DNA of 62,457 nt, counting the filler, from Chiloscyllium plagiosum (taxonomy: Eukaryota), in the NCBI RefSeq assembly GCF_004010195.1. It is 3 parts of one record of this genome, joined end to end, with 100 filler letters (N's around TTAATTAATTAA, not from the genome) between each part and the next. Parts side by side here need not be neighbours in the genome. Positions count along the whole stretch, not along the records: positions 27,247 to 57,998 come from NC_057716.1; positions 58,099 to 62,457 come from NC_057716.1; 1 more part is not named here. One strand, given 5' to 3'. A model generated the notes under the pieces. It saw only the letters and a list, made by a program, of their open reading frames with translations. It did no database searches and was not told the origin of the DNA. Of the stretch, positions 51,553 to 61,813 are shown piece by piece (the stretch's first letter is position 1; every line of letters begins with the position of its first letter). The position numbers and the translations under genes were made by a program.

Positions 51553-52505
51553 AGATCTCATAGAAGCCTATAAAATCCTAACAGGACTAGACAGGTAAAC
51601 ATAGGAAAAAGGTTCCTGATGTGGCTAGCAGTAGGACTGAGCAAGCCTGGTCTGGACTTAATGTACTCCTTCTTTGCTCTACCTGTACACTCAAGAGAAA
51701 AGCCCCTTTCAGAGAATGAGGCCTACGACAACTGGTATCCTGAGAATGAAGGGTGTTGTGAAAACTGTTAAGCAGAGAGAGAAAAAAAAACTTTAAAACC
51801 CTTAACCACAGGCTTCAAAAGGTTCCTGAGCCACTGGACTCCATTGAGTTCAGTAATACTCATTAATTTAATTTAGTGCCTCAATTCAATATGCGGTTGA
51901 AAGAGTACCTGACTTGTGAGCATACTAACTACGCCCCTTCCCCAAGTCCCTCCTCCCTACCTTTTATCTTAGCCTGCTGGACAAACTTTCCTCATTCCTG
52001 AGGAAGGGCTTATGCCCGAAACTTCGATTCTCCTGTTCCCTGGATGCTGCCTGACCTGCTGCGCTTTTCCAGCAACACATTTCCAGCTCTGATCTCCAGC
52101 ATCTGCAGACCTCACTTTCTCCTCAAAGATCTCATAGAAGCCTATAAAATCCTAACAGGACTAGACAGGTAAACATAGGAAGTAGGTTCCTGATGTGGCT
52201 AGCAGTAGGACTGAGCAAGCCTGATCTGGACTTAATGTACTCCTTCTTTGCTCTACCTGTACACTCAAGAGAAAAGCCCCTTTCAGAGAATGAGGCCTAC
52301 GACAACTGGTATCCTGAGAATGAAGGGTGTTGTGAAAACTGTTAAGCAGAGAGAGAAAAAAAAACTTTAAAACCCTTAACCACAGGCTTCAAAAGGTTCC
52401 TGAGCCACTGGACTCCATTGAGTTCAGTAATACTCATTAATTTAATTTAGTGCCTCAATTCAATATGCGGTTGAAAGAGTACCTGACTTGTGAGCATACT
52501 AACTA
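51553..52505 (+). repeat. 379-bp direct duplication flanking a PLE pLTR (51932-52126)
   Basis: 51553-51931 and 52127-52505 are near-identical (about 3 substitutions seen). Confidence 0.9.
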
Positions 52506-52924
52506 TTACGTAGCTGCAGCTCTGTCAGCTACATGTGAAATCCAACATATGAACTCTAAATGGGATTTTCTTTTTACTTTTCCTTGCACTGAGCTAAAAG
52601 ATTTATTAAGACTCAAAGAAAAATCTATGTTCCTCATGGTCGCTGTGGGTTTCTTTTGGTTTTACCCATTCTTGGGATTGAACATCGATGCCAAGCCTGG
52701 GATTTCTTTCTCACCCCTTCAATTATGTGGCTTGTTAGGTAATTTCAGAGAGCATGTAGGAATTAATCGCATTGCGGTGGGAATCTTCCAAAAACTCAGA
52801 CCGCGACCAGCTAAGACCGACAGATTTCCTTCTCTAAAAGGCATGCGTGAACCATCTTTCTCTGAGCTGACAGCTTTGTAGTCACGTTTGCTGAGAATTG
52901 TCCCTTTTTTTTTAAACTCAATTT

Positions 52925-53205
52925 TTTTCAAAAGCATAGACAGGGTGGATTGAGACAAGCTTTTTCCCAGGGTGAAGGATTCAATAACGAGAGGTCACGC
53001 TTTCAAGGTGAGAGGTGGAAAGTTAGGAGGGATACACGCGGCAAGTACTTCACACAGAGGGTTGTGGCCGTTTGGAACGCGTTGCCAGCAGAGGTGGTAG
53101 ATTCATTTAAGATGCGACTCGATAAATGCATGTGTAGGTGGGGAGTTGAGGGATACAGATGCTTAGGAATTGACTGACAGGTTTAGACAGTACATTTGGC
53201 TGAAC
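52925..53205 (+). mobile_element. CR1 3' fragment
   Basis: RGKYFTQRVVAVWNALP. Confidence 0.75.
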
Positions 53206-53365
53206 ATCCAACTCGTACCGTGTTCTCACTTAGTCGTCATACCCTTTGATCCCTTTAGCCCTGTATCTAACTCTTTCTTGAAAACATTCAATGTTTTGGC
53301 CTCTTAACTGCTTTCTGAGGCAGGGAATTCCACAGGCTTGCCACTCTCTTGGTAAAGAAATTGCT

Positions 53366-54148
53366 CCCCACCACCAGGGATATATTTCCCTCCCCATCCC
53401 TTTCCGCCTTCCGCAACCCCACCACCAGGGATATATTTCCCTCCCTACCCCTTTCTGCAAAGACCATTCCCTCCGTGACTACCTGGTCAGGTCCATGCCC
53501 CCCCAACAACCCACCCTCCCATCCTGGCACCTACCCCTGCCACTGCAGGAATTGCAAAATCTGCGTCCACACCTCCTCCCTCACCTCCATCCAAGGCCCC
53601 AAAGGAGTCTTCCACATCCATCAAAGTGCACATCCACCACTATCATTTATTGTATCTGTTGCTCCCGATGCGGTCTCCTCTACATTGGGGAGACTGGACG
53701 TCTCCTAGCAGAGCGCTTTAGGGAACATCTCTGGGACACCCGCACCAATCAACCAGACTGCCCTGTGGCCCAACATGTCAACTCCCCTCCCACTCAGCCG
53801 AGGACATGAAGGTCCTGGGCCTCCTTCACCGCTGCTCCCTCACCACCAGATGCCTGGAGGAAGAACGCCTCATCTTCCGCCTCGGAACACTTCAACCCTA
53901 GGGCATCAATGTGGACTTCACCAGTTTCCTCATTTTCCCTTCCCCCACCTCACCCCGGTTCCAAACTTCCAGCTCAACACCGTCCCCATGACCTGTCCTA
54001 ACTGCCTATCTTCTTTTCCAACTATCCACTCCACCCTCCTCTCTGACCTATCACCTTCATCCAACCCCCATCCACCCATTGTATTCTTTGCTACCTTCCC
54101 CCATCCTCCTTCCTGACCTATCACCTTCATCCCCACCCCCACTCACCT
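53366..54148 (+). pseudogene. Penelope-like element GIY-YIG endonuclease end plus C-rich 3' UTR
   Basis: CRNCKICVH..IIYCICCSRCGLLYIGETGRLLAERFREH..VAQH; frameshifted; runs into a gap. Confidence 0.9.
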
Positions 54149-55117
54149 NNNNNNNNNNNNNNNNNNNNNNNNNNNNNNNNNNNNNNNNNNNNNNNNNNNN
54201 NNNNNNNNNNNNNNNNNNNNNNNNNNNNNNNNNNNNNNNNNNNNNNNNNNNNNNNNNNNNNNNNNNNNNNNNNNNNNNNNNNNNNNNNNNNNNNNNNNNN
54301 NNNNNNNNNNNNNNNNNNNNNNNNNNNNNNNNNNNNNNNNNNNNNNNNNNNNNNNNNNNNNNNNNNNNNNNNNNNNNNNNNNNNNNNNNNNNNNNNNNNN
54401 NNNNNNNNNNNNNNNNNNNNNNNNNNNNNNNNNNNNNNNNNNNNNNNNNNNNNNNNNNNNNNNNNNNNNNNNNNNNNNNNNNNNNNNNNNNNNNNNNNNN
54501 NNNNNNNNNNNNNNNNNNNNNNNNNNNNNNNNNNNNNNNNNNNNNNNNNNNNNNNNNNNNNNNNNNNNNNNNNNNNNNNNNNNNNNNNNNNNNNNNNNNN
54601 NNNNNNNNNNNNNNNNNNNNNNNNNNNNNNNNNNNNNNNNNNNNNNNNNNNNNNNNNNNNNNNNNNNNNNNNNNNNNNNNNNNNNNNNNNNNNNNNNNNN
54701 NNNNNNNNNNNNNNNNNNNNNNNNNNNNNNNNNNNNNNNNNNNNNNNNNNNNNNNNNNNNNNNNNNNNNNNNNNNNNNNNNNNNNNNNNNNNNNNNNNNN
54801 NNNNNNNNNNNNNNNNNNNNNNNNNNNNNNNNNNNNNNNNNNNNNNNNNNNNNNNNNNNNNNNNNNNNNNNNNNNNNNNNNNNNNNNNNNNNNNNNNNNN
54901 NNNNNNNNNNNNNNNNNNNNNNNNNNNNNNNNNNNNNNNNNNNNNNNNNNNNNNNNNNNNNNNNNNNNNNNNNNNNNNNNNNNNNNNNNNNNNNNNNNNN
55001 NNNNNNNNNNNNNNNNNNNNNNNNNNNNNNNNNNNNNNNNNNNNNNNNNNNNNNNNNNNNNNNNNNNNNNNNNNNNNNNNNNNNNNNNNNNNNNNNNNNN
55101 NNNNNNNNNNNNNNNNN

Positions 55118-55265
55118 AGTCCAACAGGTTTAATTGGAAGCACTAGCTTTCAGAGCGCTGCCCCTGCGTTAGGTGGTTAAACACCTGATGAAGGAGCGAC
55201 GCTCCGAAAGCCAGTGCTTCCAATTAAACCTGTTGGACTATAACCTGGTGCTGTGATTTTTAACT
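55118..55265. mobile_element. Palindromic PLE pLTR pair (type B, same family as 1968-4128)
   Basis: Inverted arms around ~55178; CAC-CTGATGA-A-GGAGC-GAC-GCTCC-GAAAGCCA-GTG at 55182-55216. Confidence 0.8.
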
Positions 55266-55269
55266 CTTA

Positions 55270-55476
55270 GAATGGGCTGTACAGCACATTTGGTCCAACT
55301 CATCTATGTTGACCAGATACCCCAACCCAATCTAGCCCCACCTGCCAGCACCCGGCCCATATCCCCCCCCAAACCCTTCCTATTCATATACCCATCCAGA
55401 TGCCTCTTAAATGCTGTCATTGTACCAGCCTCCACCACTTCCTCTGGCAGCTCATTCCATACACGCACCACCCTCT
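55270..55476 (-). mobile_element. CR1 3' end
   Basis: Match to 19478-19830. Confidence 0.8.
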
Positions 55477-55485
55477 AGGTCTATG

Positions 55486-55745
55486 TGTTTGTTGATGGAG
55501 TTTGTGGATTGGCACTCATCCACAAACTCCATCAACAAACACGTCGACCTGGATCCAATATACCGCCACTACAGCGGACAGCTGAAACTGACAACCGGAA
55601 GCGGCAGGGACAGGCCACTATAAATGCCGGAGGAAACACCACAGAAGCGCTTCACAGGAGGCTCCCAAGCACTGAGGATGTCACCTAGACAGGGGACGAA
55701 ACGTTTGCAACAAAAATTTCCAGCTCGGCGAACAGAACCACAACC
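55486..55745 (+). mobile_element. PLE 3' end (type C) with short 5' inversion
   Basis: 24-bp perfect inverted repeat at ~55486-55541; WHSSTNSINKHVDLDPIY C-terminus; hammerhead at 55669-55708. Confidence 0.8.
55669..55708 (+). ncRNA. Minimal type I hammerhead ribozyme motif
   Basis: GCA-CTGAGGA-T-GTCACCT-AGAC-AGGGGAC-GAAAC-GTT-TGC: all conserved core nucleotides, stem I GCA/TGC, stem II with one mismatch. Confidence 0.75.
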
Positions 55746-56184
55746 TCGATTTAATGCTCAGGCTTGGACAGCCAAAGGGCCTGTTCCTGGGCTGTAAATT
55801 TTCTTTGTTCTCTTTGTTCATAGCTCAAGTGAACCTAAATGGAGTTTAGTATTTGTGTCCTCTGGATGACTTGTCTGGCAACATAGCTGATATACCACAA
55901 GACTGTCTGCACCTCAAATCACTAAAGCAGAGAGCGTCAGGCTGGCTTTGTGCTTGCATTATACAACTGGCCTGCATGGGGAGGACAGTCTGACTTTGGT
56001 AATACAAATCTTGAATGTTGCTGAAGAAAGAATGATGTTGAAATGTTTGTGTGTTTCACACATCAGGATAGAATCACAAGAATGCCAAATATCAAAGTGA
56101 ACAATCTTTACTGAATGAGAAATGTAGAAGGCAGGAGCAGGAGTAAAGCATTTGGCCCTTTGAGCCTGCTCTCATTTTTTTTAA

Positions 56185-56440
56185 AGATTAGATTCCCTAC
56201 AGTTCGGCCCATCAAGTCCACAATGACCCTCCAAAGAGCGACCCACCCAGACCCATGACCCTACCTTACATTTACCCCTGACTAATGCACCTAACACTAT
56301 GGGCAATTTAGTATGGCCAATTCATCTGGCCTGCTCATCTTTGCATTGTGGGAGGAAACCAACGCAGACATGGGGAGAATGTGCCAACTCCACACAGACA
56401 GGAATCAAACCCAGGTCCCTGGCACTATGAGGCAGCAACC
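56185..56440 (-). mobile_element. HE1-like SINE, diverged
   Basis: Match to 489-809. Confidence 0.75.
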
Positions 56441-56764
56441 CACAGTATTCAATATGATCATGGCTGATCATCCAACTCGGTACCGTGTTCTCACTTAGTC
56501 ATCATACCCTTTGATCCCTTTAGCCCTGTATCTAACTCTTGAAAACATTCAATGTTTTGGCTTCTCAGACGCTTTCTGAGGCAGGGAATTCCACAGGCTT
56601 GCCACTCTCTTGGTAAAGAAATTGCTCCTCGTTTTAATGCTGTGGCCTTTGGTTCTGGCTTCCCTGGCCATCAGGAACCTACTTCCTGTGTTTATCTGTC
56701 TAGTCATGTTTGGATTTTATAGGCTTCTATGAGATCTACCTTCATTCTTTTAATCCCTTTGAAT

Positions 56765-57115
56765 ATAGAATCCCTACAGTGCAGAAAGAGACCATTTGGT
56801 CCATCAAGTCTGCACTGACCCTTGAACAGCATCCCACTCAGACTCATACCCCAAACCCGCAAGGGGATTTTACCATGGTAGGCTAACCTACAAAACCTGC
56901 ACACCCCTGAACACTACAGGGCAATTTTTAGCATGGTTAATCCACTGAACCTGTACACCATTTAGGTAAGGGAGGAAATCAAAGCACTAGAGAAAACATA
57001 TGCAGATACAGGGAGAATGTGCAAACTCCACACAGACACTCTCCTAAGGCTGGAATTGAACTCACCTCCCTGATGTTGTGAGACAGCAGTGCTGACTACT
57101 GTGCCACTGTGCAAT
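56765..57115 (-). mobile_element. HE1-like SINE, old
   Basis: GGGAGAATGTGCAAACTCCACACAGAC core. Confidence 0.7.
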
Positions 57116-57647
57116 CCCTATAGTCTTAAAAGATTTCATCTCTCTTTGTATGTCACTCCTGCCATCCCAGGAATGTTTGGTAAGCATTCATTACACTCTC
57201 CGTTGCCAGAACATTCTTATTCAGACAAGATCAAAACCTATCCGCAGAAACCATCAGGTCTGGCACAAGAATGCCAAATTTCAAAGTAATAACAACTTAT
57301 ATTGCACATTGTTATGCAATGTAAATTGTTGATTCCTTTGAGATTTATGATTCTATTCTGATGATATATCTCTTTTTTTACAACAATAGACAGTTTGGAT
57401 TCATGACCCTGCTCCCTCCCAAGCTCCTGGAGGCCAACCTTGGAGAATCCTGGTGGGAATGCAGGGAGAGAAAGATGGAACATGGGGCATACACATGCAA
57501 CTTTGGAGATTGCGTTTCCATTGCAGAAACCTCATGGACAATCTGGAGGGCACGCAACCCTAGAAGGCAGAGAACTGCATGCCCCAGAACCTCGCAGCTA
57601 AGAGAAAGTGTGTGGAAACCAACCTGGCGCATTATATTGGCAGTCTG

Positions 57648-58295
57648 CTTCCTGAGGAAGGGCTTATGCCCGAAACGTCGATTCTCCTGCTCATTGGATG
57701 TTGCCTGACCTGCTGCGCTTTTCCAGCAACACATTTTTCAGTCTACTTGTGTTGGAGGAGAAAGTGAGGGCTGCAGATGCTGGAGATCAGAGCTGAAAAT
57801 GTGTTGCTGGAAAAGCGCAGCAGGTCAGGCAGCATCCAAGGAACAGGAGAATTGACATTTCGGGCATAAGCCCTTCTTCAGCAATGAGGAAAGTGTCTCC
57901 TGCAGGCTAAGATAAAAGGTAGAGAGGAGGGACTTGGGGGGAGGGGAAATGAAGAAACTGGAGAAATCTGAGTTCATCCCTTGTGGTTGGAGGGTTCCNN
58001 NNNNNNNNNNNNNNNNNNNNNNNNNNNNNNNNNNNNNNNNNNTTAATTAATTAANNNNNNNNNNNNNNNNNNNNNNNNNNNNNNNNNNNNNNNNNNNNCT
58101 ATGCTACTCTCTCCCCACCCCCACCCTCCTCTAGCTTATCTCTCCACGCTTCAGGCTCTCTGCCTTTATTCCTGATGGAGGGCTTTTGCCCGAAACGTCG
58201 ATTTCGAAGCTCCTCGGATGCTGCCTGAACTGCTGTGCTCTTCCAGCACCACTGATCCAGAATCTGGTTTCCAGCATCTGCAGTCATTGTTTTTA
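57648..58295. mobile_element. Cluster of three PLE pLTRs (+ 57648-57741, - 57755-57998, + 58099-58295)
   Basis: Hammerhead cores at ~57652, ~57853-57880(-) and ~58172. Confidence 0.8.
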
Positions 58296-58479
58296 CAACG
58301 TCCAGGATCCACTGACTCTGGGACTGCTTGTAATCCCAGCAGAGACCACTACCTGATCCTGGCGCTGCTGAGACTCCAAGGCTGGAATCTCAGCAGCACC
58401 AGGGTAGACAGGCTATGCCTGTCTCTTTGTTGGCGATATAGAACAGTCCATCTTCCGTAATTACACCTGCACCACTCAT

Positions 58480-60160
58480 TGGCCTATTAGTGGGACTCTA
58501 ACACTCTGGTCTACAGGTAGGACTGAAACACACTGACCAATAGGTGGGACTCTAAGACACTGGCCTGTGGGTGGGACTGAAACACACATGCCAGTGAGTG
58601 GACTAAAACACACAGGCCTGTGGGTGAGACTGAAACACACTGGCCTGTGAGTGGACTAAAACACACTGTCCTGGGAGTGGGACTGAAACACACTGTCCTG
58701 TGGGTGGAACAATGGGTGGAACACTAAGACACTGGCCTGTGGATGGGAATCAAAGACATTGGCCTATGAGTGGGAATCTAAGACACTGTCCTGTGGGTGG
58801 AACAGAAACACACTGGCCAATGGGTGGGACTCTAAGACATTGGCCTATGGGTGGGACAGAAACACACTGTCCTGTGGGTGGAACACTAAGACACTGGCCT
58901 GTGGGTGGGACACTAAGACACTGGCCTGTGGCTGGGACTCTAACACACTGGCCAATGGGTGCGACAGAAACTCACCGGTCTATGGGTGGGACTCTAAGAC
59001 ACTAGACTGTGGGTGGGACTGAAACACACTGACCAATGGGTGGGAAAGAAACACACTAGCATGTGGGTGGGACTGAAACACACTGGCCTATTAGTGGAAC
59101 TCTACAGGTAGGACACTGGTCTATAGGTAGGATTGAAACACACTGGCCTGTGGGTGGACTAAAACACACTGGCCTGTGGGTGGGACTGAAACACACTGGC
59201 CTGTGGGTGGGACTGAAACACACTGGCCTGTGGGTGGGTCTCTAAGACACTGGCCTGTGGGTGGAACTGAAACACACTGGCCTGTGGGTGGACTAAAACA
59301 CACTGGCCTGTGGGTGGGTCTCTAAGACACTGGCCTGTGGGTGGGACTGAAACACACTGGCCTGTGGATGGACTAAAACACACTGGCCTGTGGGTGGGAC
59401 TGAAACACACTGGCCTGTGGGTGGGTCTCTAAGACACTGGCCTGTGGGTGGGACTGAAACACACTGGCCAATGGATGGGACAGAAACACACTGGCCTGTG
59501 GGTGGGACTCTAAGACACTGGCCAAAGGGTGGAACAGAAACATACTGGTCAGTGGGTAGGACTCTAAGACACTGGCCTATGGGTGGGACAGAAACACACT
59601 GGTCTAGAGGTAGGACTGAAACACACTGGCCTTTGGGTGTGACTCTAAGACACTGGCCTGTGAGTGGACTAAAACACACTGGCCTGTGGGTGGACTAAAA
59701 CACACTGGCCTGTGAGTGGACTAAAACACACTGGCCTGTGGGTGGGACAGAAACACACTGGCCTGTGGGTGGGACTGAAACGCACTGGCCTGTGGGTGGG
59801 ACTCTACATGTAGGACACTGGTCTATAGGTAGGACTGAAACACACTGGCCAATGGGTGGACTAAAACACACTGGCCTGTGGGTGGGACTGAAACACACTG
59901 GCTTATGGGTGGGTCTCTAAGACACTGGCCTGTGGGTGGGACTGAAACACACTAGCCAATGGATGGGACAGAAACACACTGGCCTGTGGGTGGGTCTCTA
60001 AGACACTGACCTATGGGTGGGACAGAAATACACTGGCCTGTGGGTGGGACTCTAACACACTGACCTATGCGTGGGACTCTAAGACACTGGCCTGGGGGTA
60101 GGACTGAAATGCACTGACCTGTGGGTGGGACTGAAACGCACTGGCCTATTAGTAGGACTC
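58480..60160 (+). repeat. 26-27-bp G-rich minisatellite (~60 units)
   Basis: Unit GGCCTGTGGGTGGGACTGAAACACACT with variants ..GGACTAAAACACACT and ..GGGACTCTAAGACACT. Confidence 0.97.
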
Positions 60161-60199
60161 TCGGCCTTTTTGCTAAGATCAAGTGTCTGTTCTTATCAG
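60159..60199 (+). pseudogene. U2 snRNA 5' fragment (nt ~7-52) with 5-nt internal deletion
   Basis: TCTCGGCCTTTTtGCTAAGATCAAGTGT-----CTGTTCTTATCAG versus vertebrate U2 TCTCGGCCTTTTGGCTAAGATCAAGTGTAGTATCTGTTCTTATCAG. Confidence 0.9.
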
Positions 60200-60357
60200 G
60201 ACAGGGGTCGAGTTGCGAGTCATCAGAGCTAGTGGAGATCATCGCTGGATCGTGATTGGACGTTGGAGGATCGCTTGGTTGTGCTGACCTGCTATTGGTG
60301 GATCTTCATGCTGGCTTCGGCCTAACGCCAATTCAGGGACCAGCCAACCTCAGAGCT

Positions 60358-61809
60358 ATGGCCTCAACAGCTGTACGCAGCCCTGGGCAGGGGGTTTGAA
60401 ACACCGTCCGGGTGTCTGTCAAGAAGGTGGAGGAGCGTACACCAGTCGATCGGACGGTGTTCGTCGAGAAGGTGTTGTTCGAGTGCTGTGAATTCGCCGC
60501 AGCAGACGTGTACTGCCTGCAGGATTTCCCTGGGGCAGGCTACTTCGATGTCACCTTCAGGAGCGTGAAGCAATGTGAGCAGCTCCTGAAGGTCTTCAAA
60601 GAAAAGGAAGGGGAGCCGCTGTTCTCCATCTTGTCGGCAGTCCCGTTGTGTGTGCTTCCTGCACAGAGGAGCCGGGTTGTTACAATCCACATGTACAACC
60701 CCTACGTGCCAGCAACTGATGTCCTGACGTTCCTGGGAAGATATGTGCAGGTCGAGGGTCAAAGCACCGATGTGGTTGACCCTTTCGGGATCTGGACCAG
60801 CAAACGACAGATCAAGGTAACCCTGAGTGTGGACGCCAGCGGGAATATCCTCCACCCACCCTCCAGCTTTGCTATCGGAGGGAGCAGAGGGTACCTGACT
60901 TATGCAGGGCAGCCGAAAGTGTGCCGAACCTGTGGGAGGTCAGGCCACATGGCGGCGGACTGCAAGGTCACGATCTGTTGGAACTGCAATAAGGAGGGTC
61001 ACCCGACCAAAGAGTGCAAGGAGGAAAAGAACTGCAATCTGTGCGGGGAGGCGGGCCACGTGTACAGGGCCTGCCCAAGACGAGGGGCCACCACCTACGC
61101 GCAGATGGCCGGAGGCGGGCCACAAAAGGACGGCAAGGCACCGCAAACCGGCAAGGGAATGGTGTCAGGAGGCATGCAACAGGAAGGACAGGCCGGAGCA
61201 GAGCAGATGACAGTTACCGGAGAGGTACAGCTGCCGAGCGAAGCTCCGACAGGACAGGAGGAGGAGGCGGAGAAAGGAAAGAAGGAGGCAGAGGAATGGA
61301 CCGTGGTGAAAAACAGGAAGAGGAAAACCCACCCGGTCACCAAGACCTCCCAGAAAAAGGGGAAAAGGCACCTGCAGGTGGAAGACACGGACAGCTCTTC
61401 GGAGAGTGAGGACGGAAGAAAGGAGGGTCGTCACCAAAAGAAGAGGCAGAGCGCTGCGAGGAGAAAGGAGAGCAGCAACTGCCAACCAAGGGACGACCCT
61501 CCTGAGGAAATGGGAAACCACCACCCCCCACCAGGTGAAAGCCAGGAGGGCCCCACCGCCACACAGCTCCAGGTTACTGGGAGCAGTGACCCTCTGACAG
61601 CCCCGCTGTCAGATATAGAAACAGACAGCGTGGACCCTGGTCTCGGCCCGATGACACCGAAGCGGGCAAATGGGCCGAGTGAGGAACTGGACAGCTACCT
61701 CAGCCCAGCGAGGGTCCAGCAGTTTGCGTACTGCACGGGGATGCAGACAGCTACCCCAGAGGGGCAGGACCAGCGACAATCGGACATGGGTAACCTTACA
61801 ACCTGTTAA
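60358..61809 (+). CDS. Tx1 ORF1 protein (ZCCHC3-like N-terminal domain, 3 zinc knuckles, charged low-complexity tail); premature stop at codon 14
   Basis: ATG at 60358: MASTAVRSPGQGV*NTVRVSVKK; TGA at 60397-99; CRTCGRSGHMAADC, CWNCNKEGHPTKEC, CNLCGEAGHVYRAC; WTVVKNRKRK. Confidence 0.85.
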
Positions 61810-61813
61810 TAAA

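Noticed and set aside
54057..55146. Long poly-X ORFs (also 40094-40709)
   Set aside because: They are translations of assembly gaps
55486..55541. 24-bp perfect hairpin as a pre-miRNA
   Set aside because: Explained as the 5' inversion of the PLE fragment whose coding end forms the right arm
58480..60160. CRISPR-like periodicity and HWPVGGTET repeat ORFs
   Set aside because: No unique spacers, eukaryotic context and no cas genes; 26-bp units shift the frame, so the ORFs are minisatellite translations
60159..60199. Functional U2 snRNA gene
   Set aside because: Only ~41 nt; branch-site motif deleted; no Sm site or 3' stem-loops; no promoter context
60412..61809. Host ZCCHC3 gene
   Set aside because: Followed after 4 nt by an APE ORF2 and preceded by a U2 head, so it is retrotransposon ORF1
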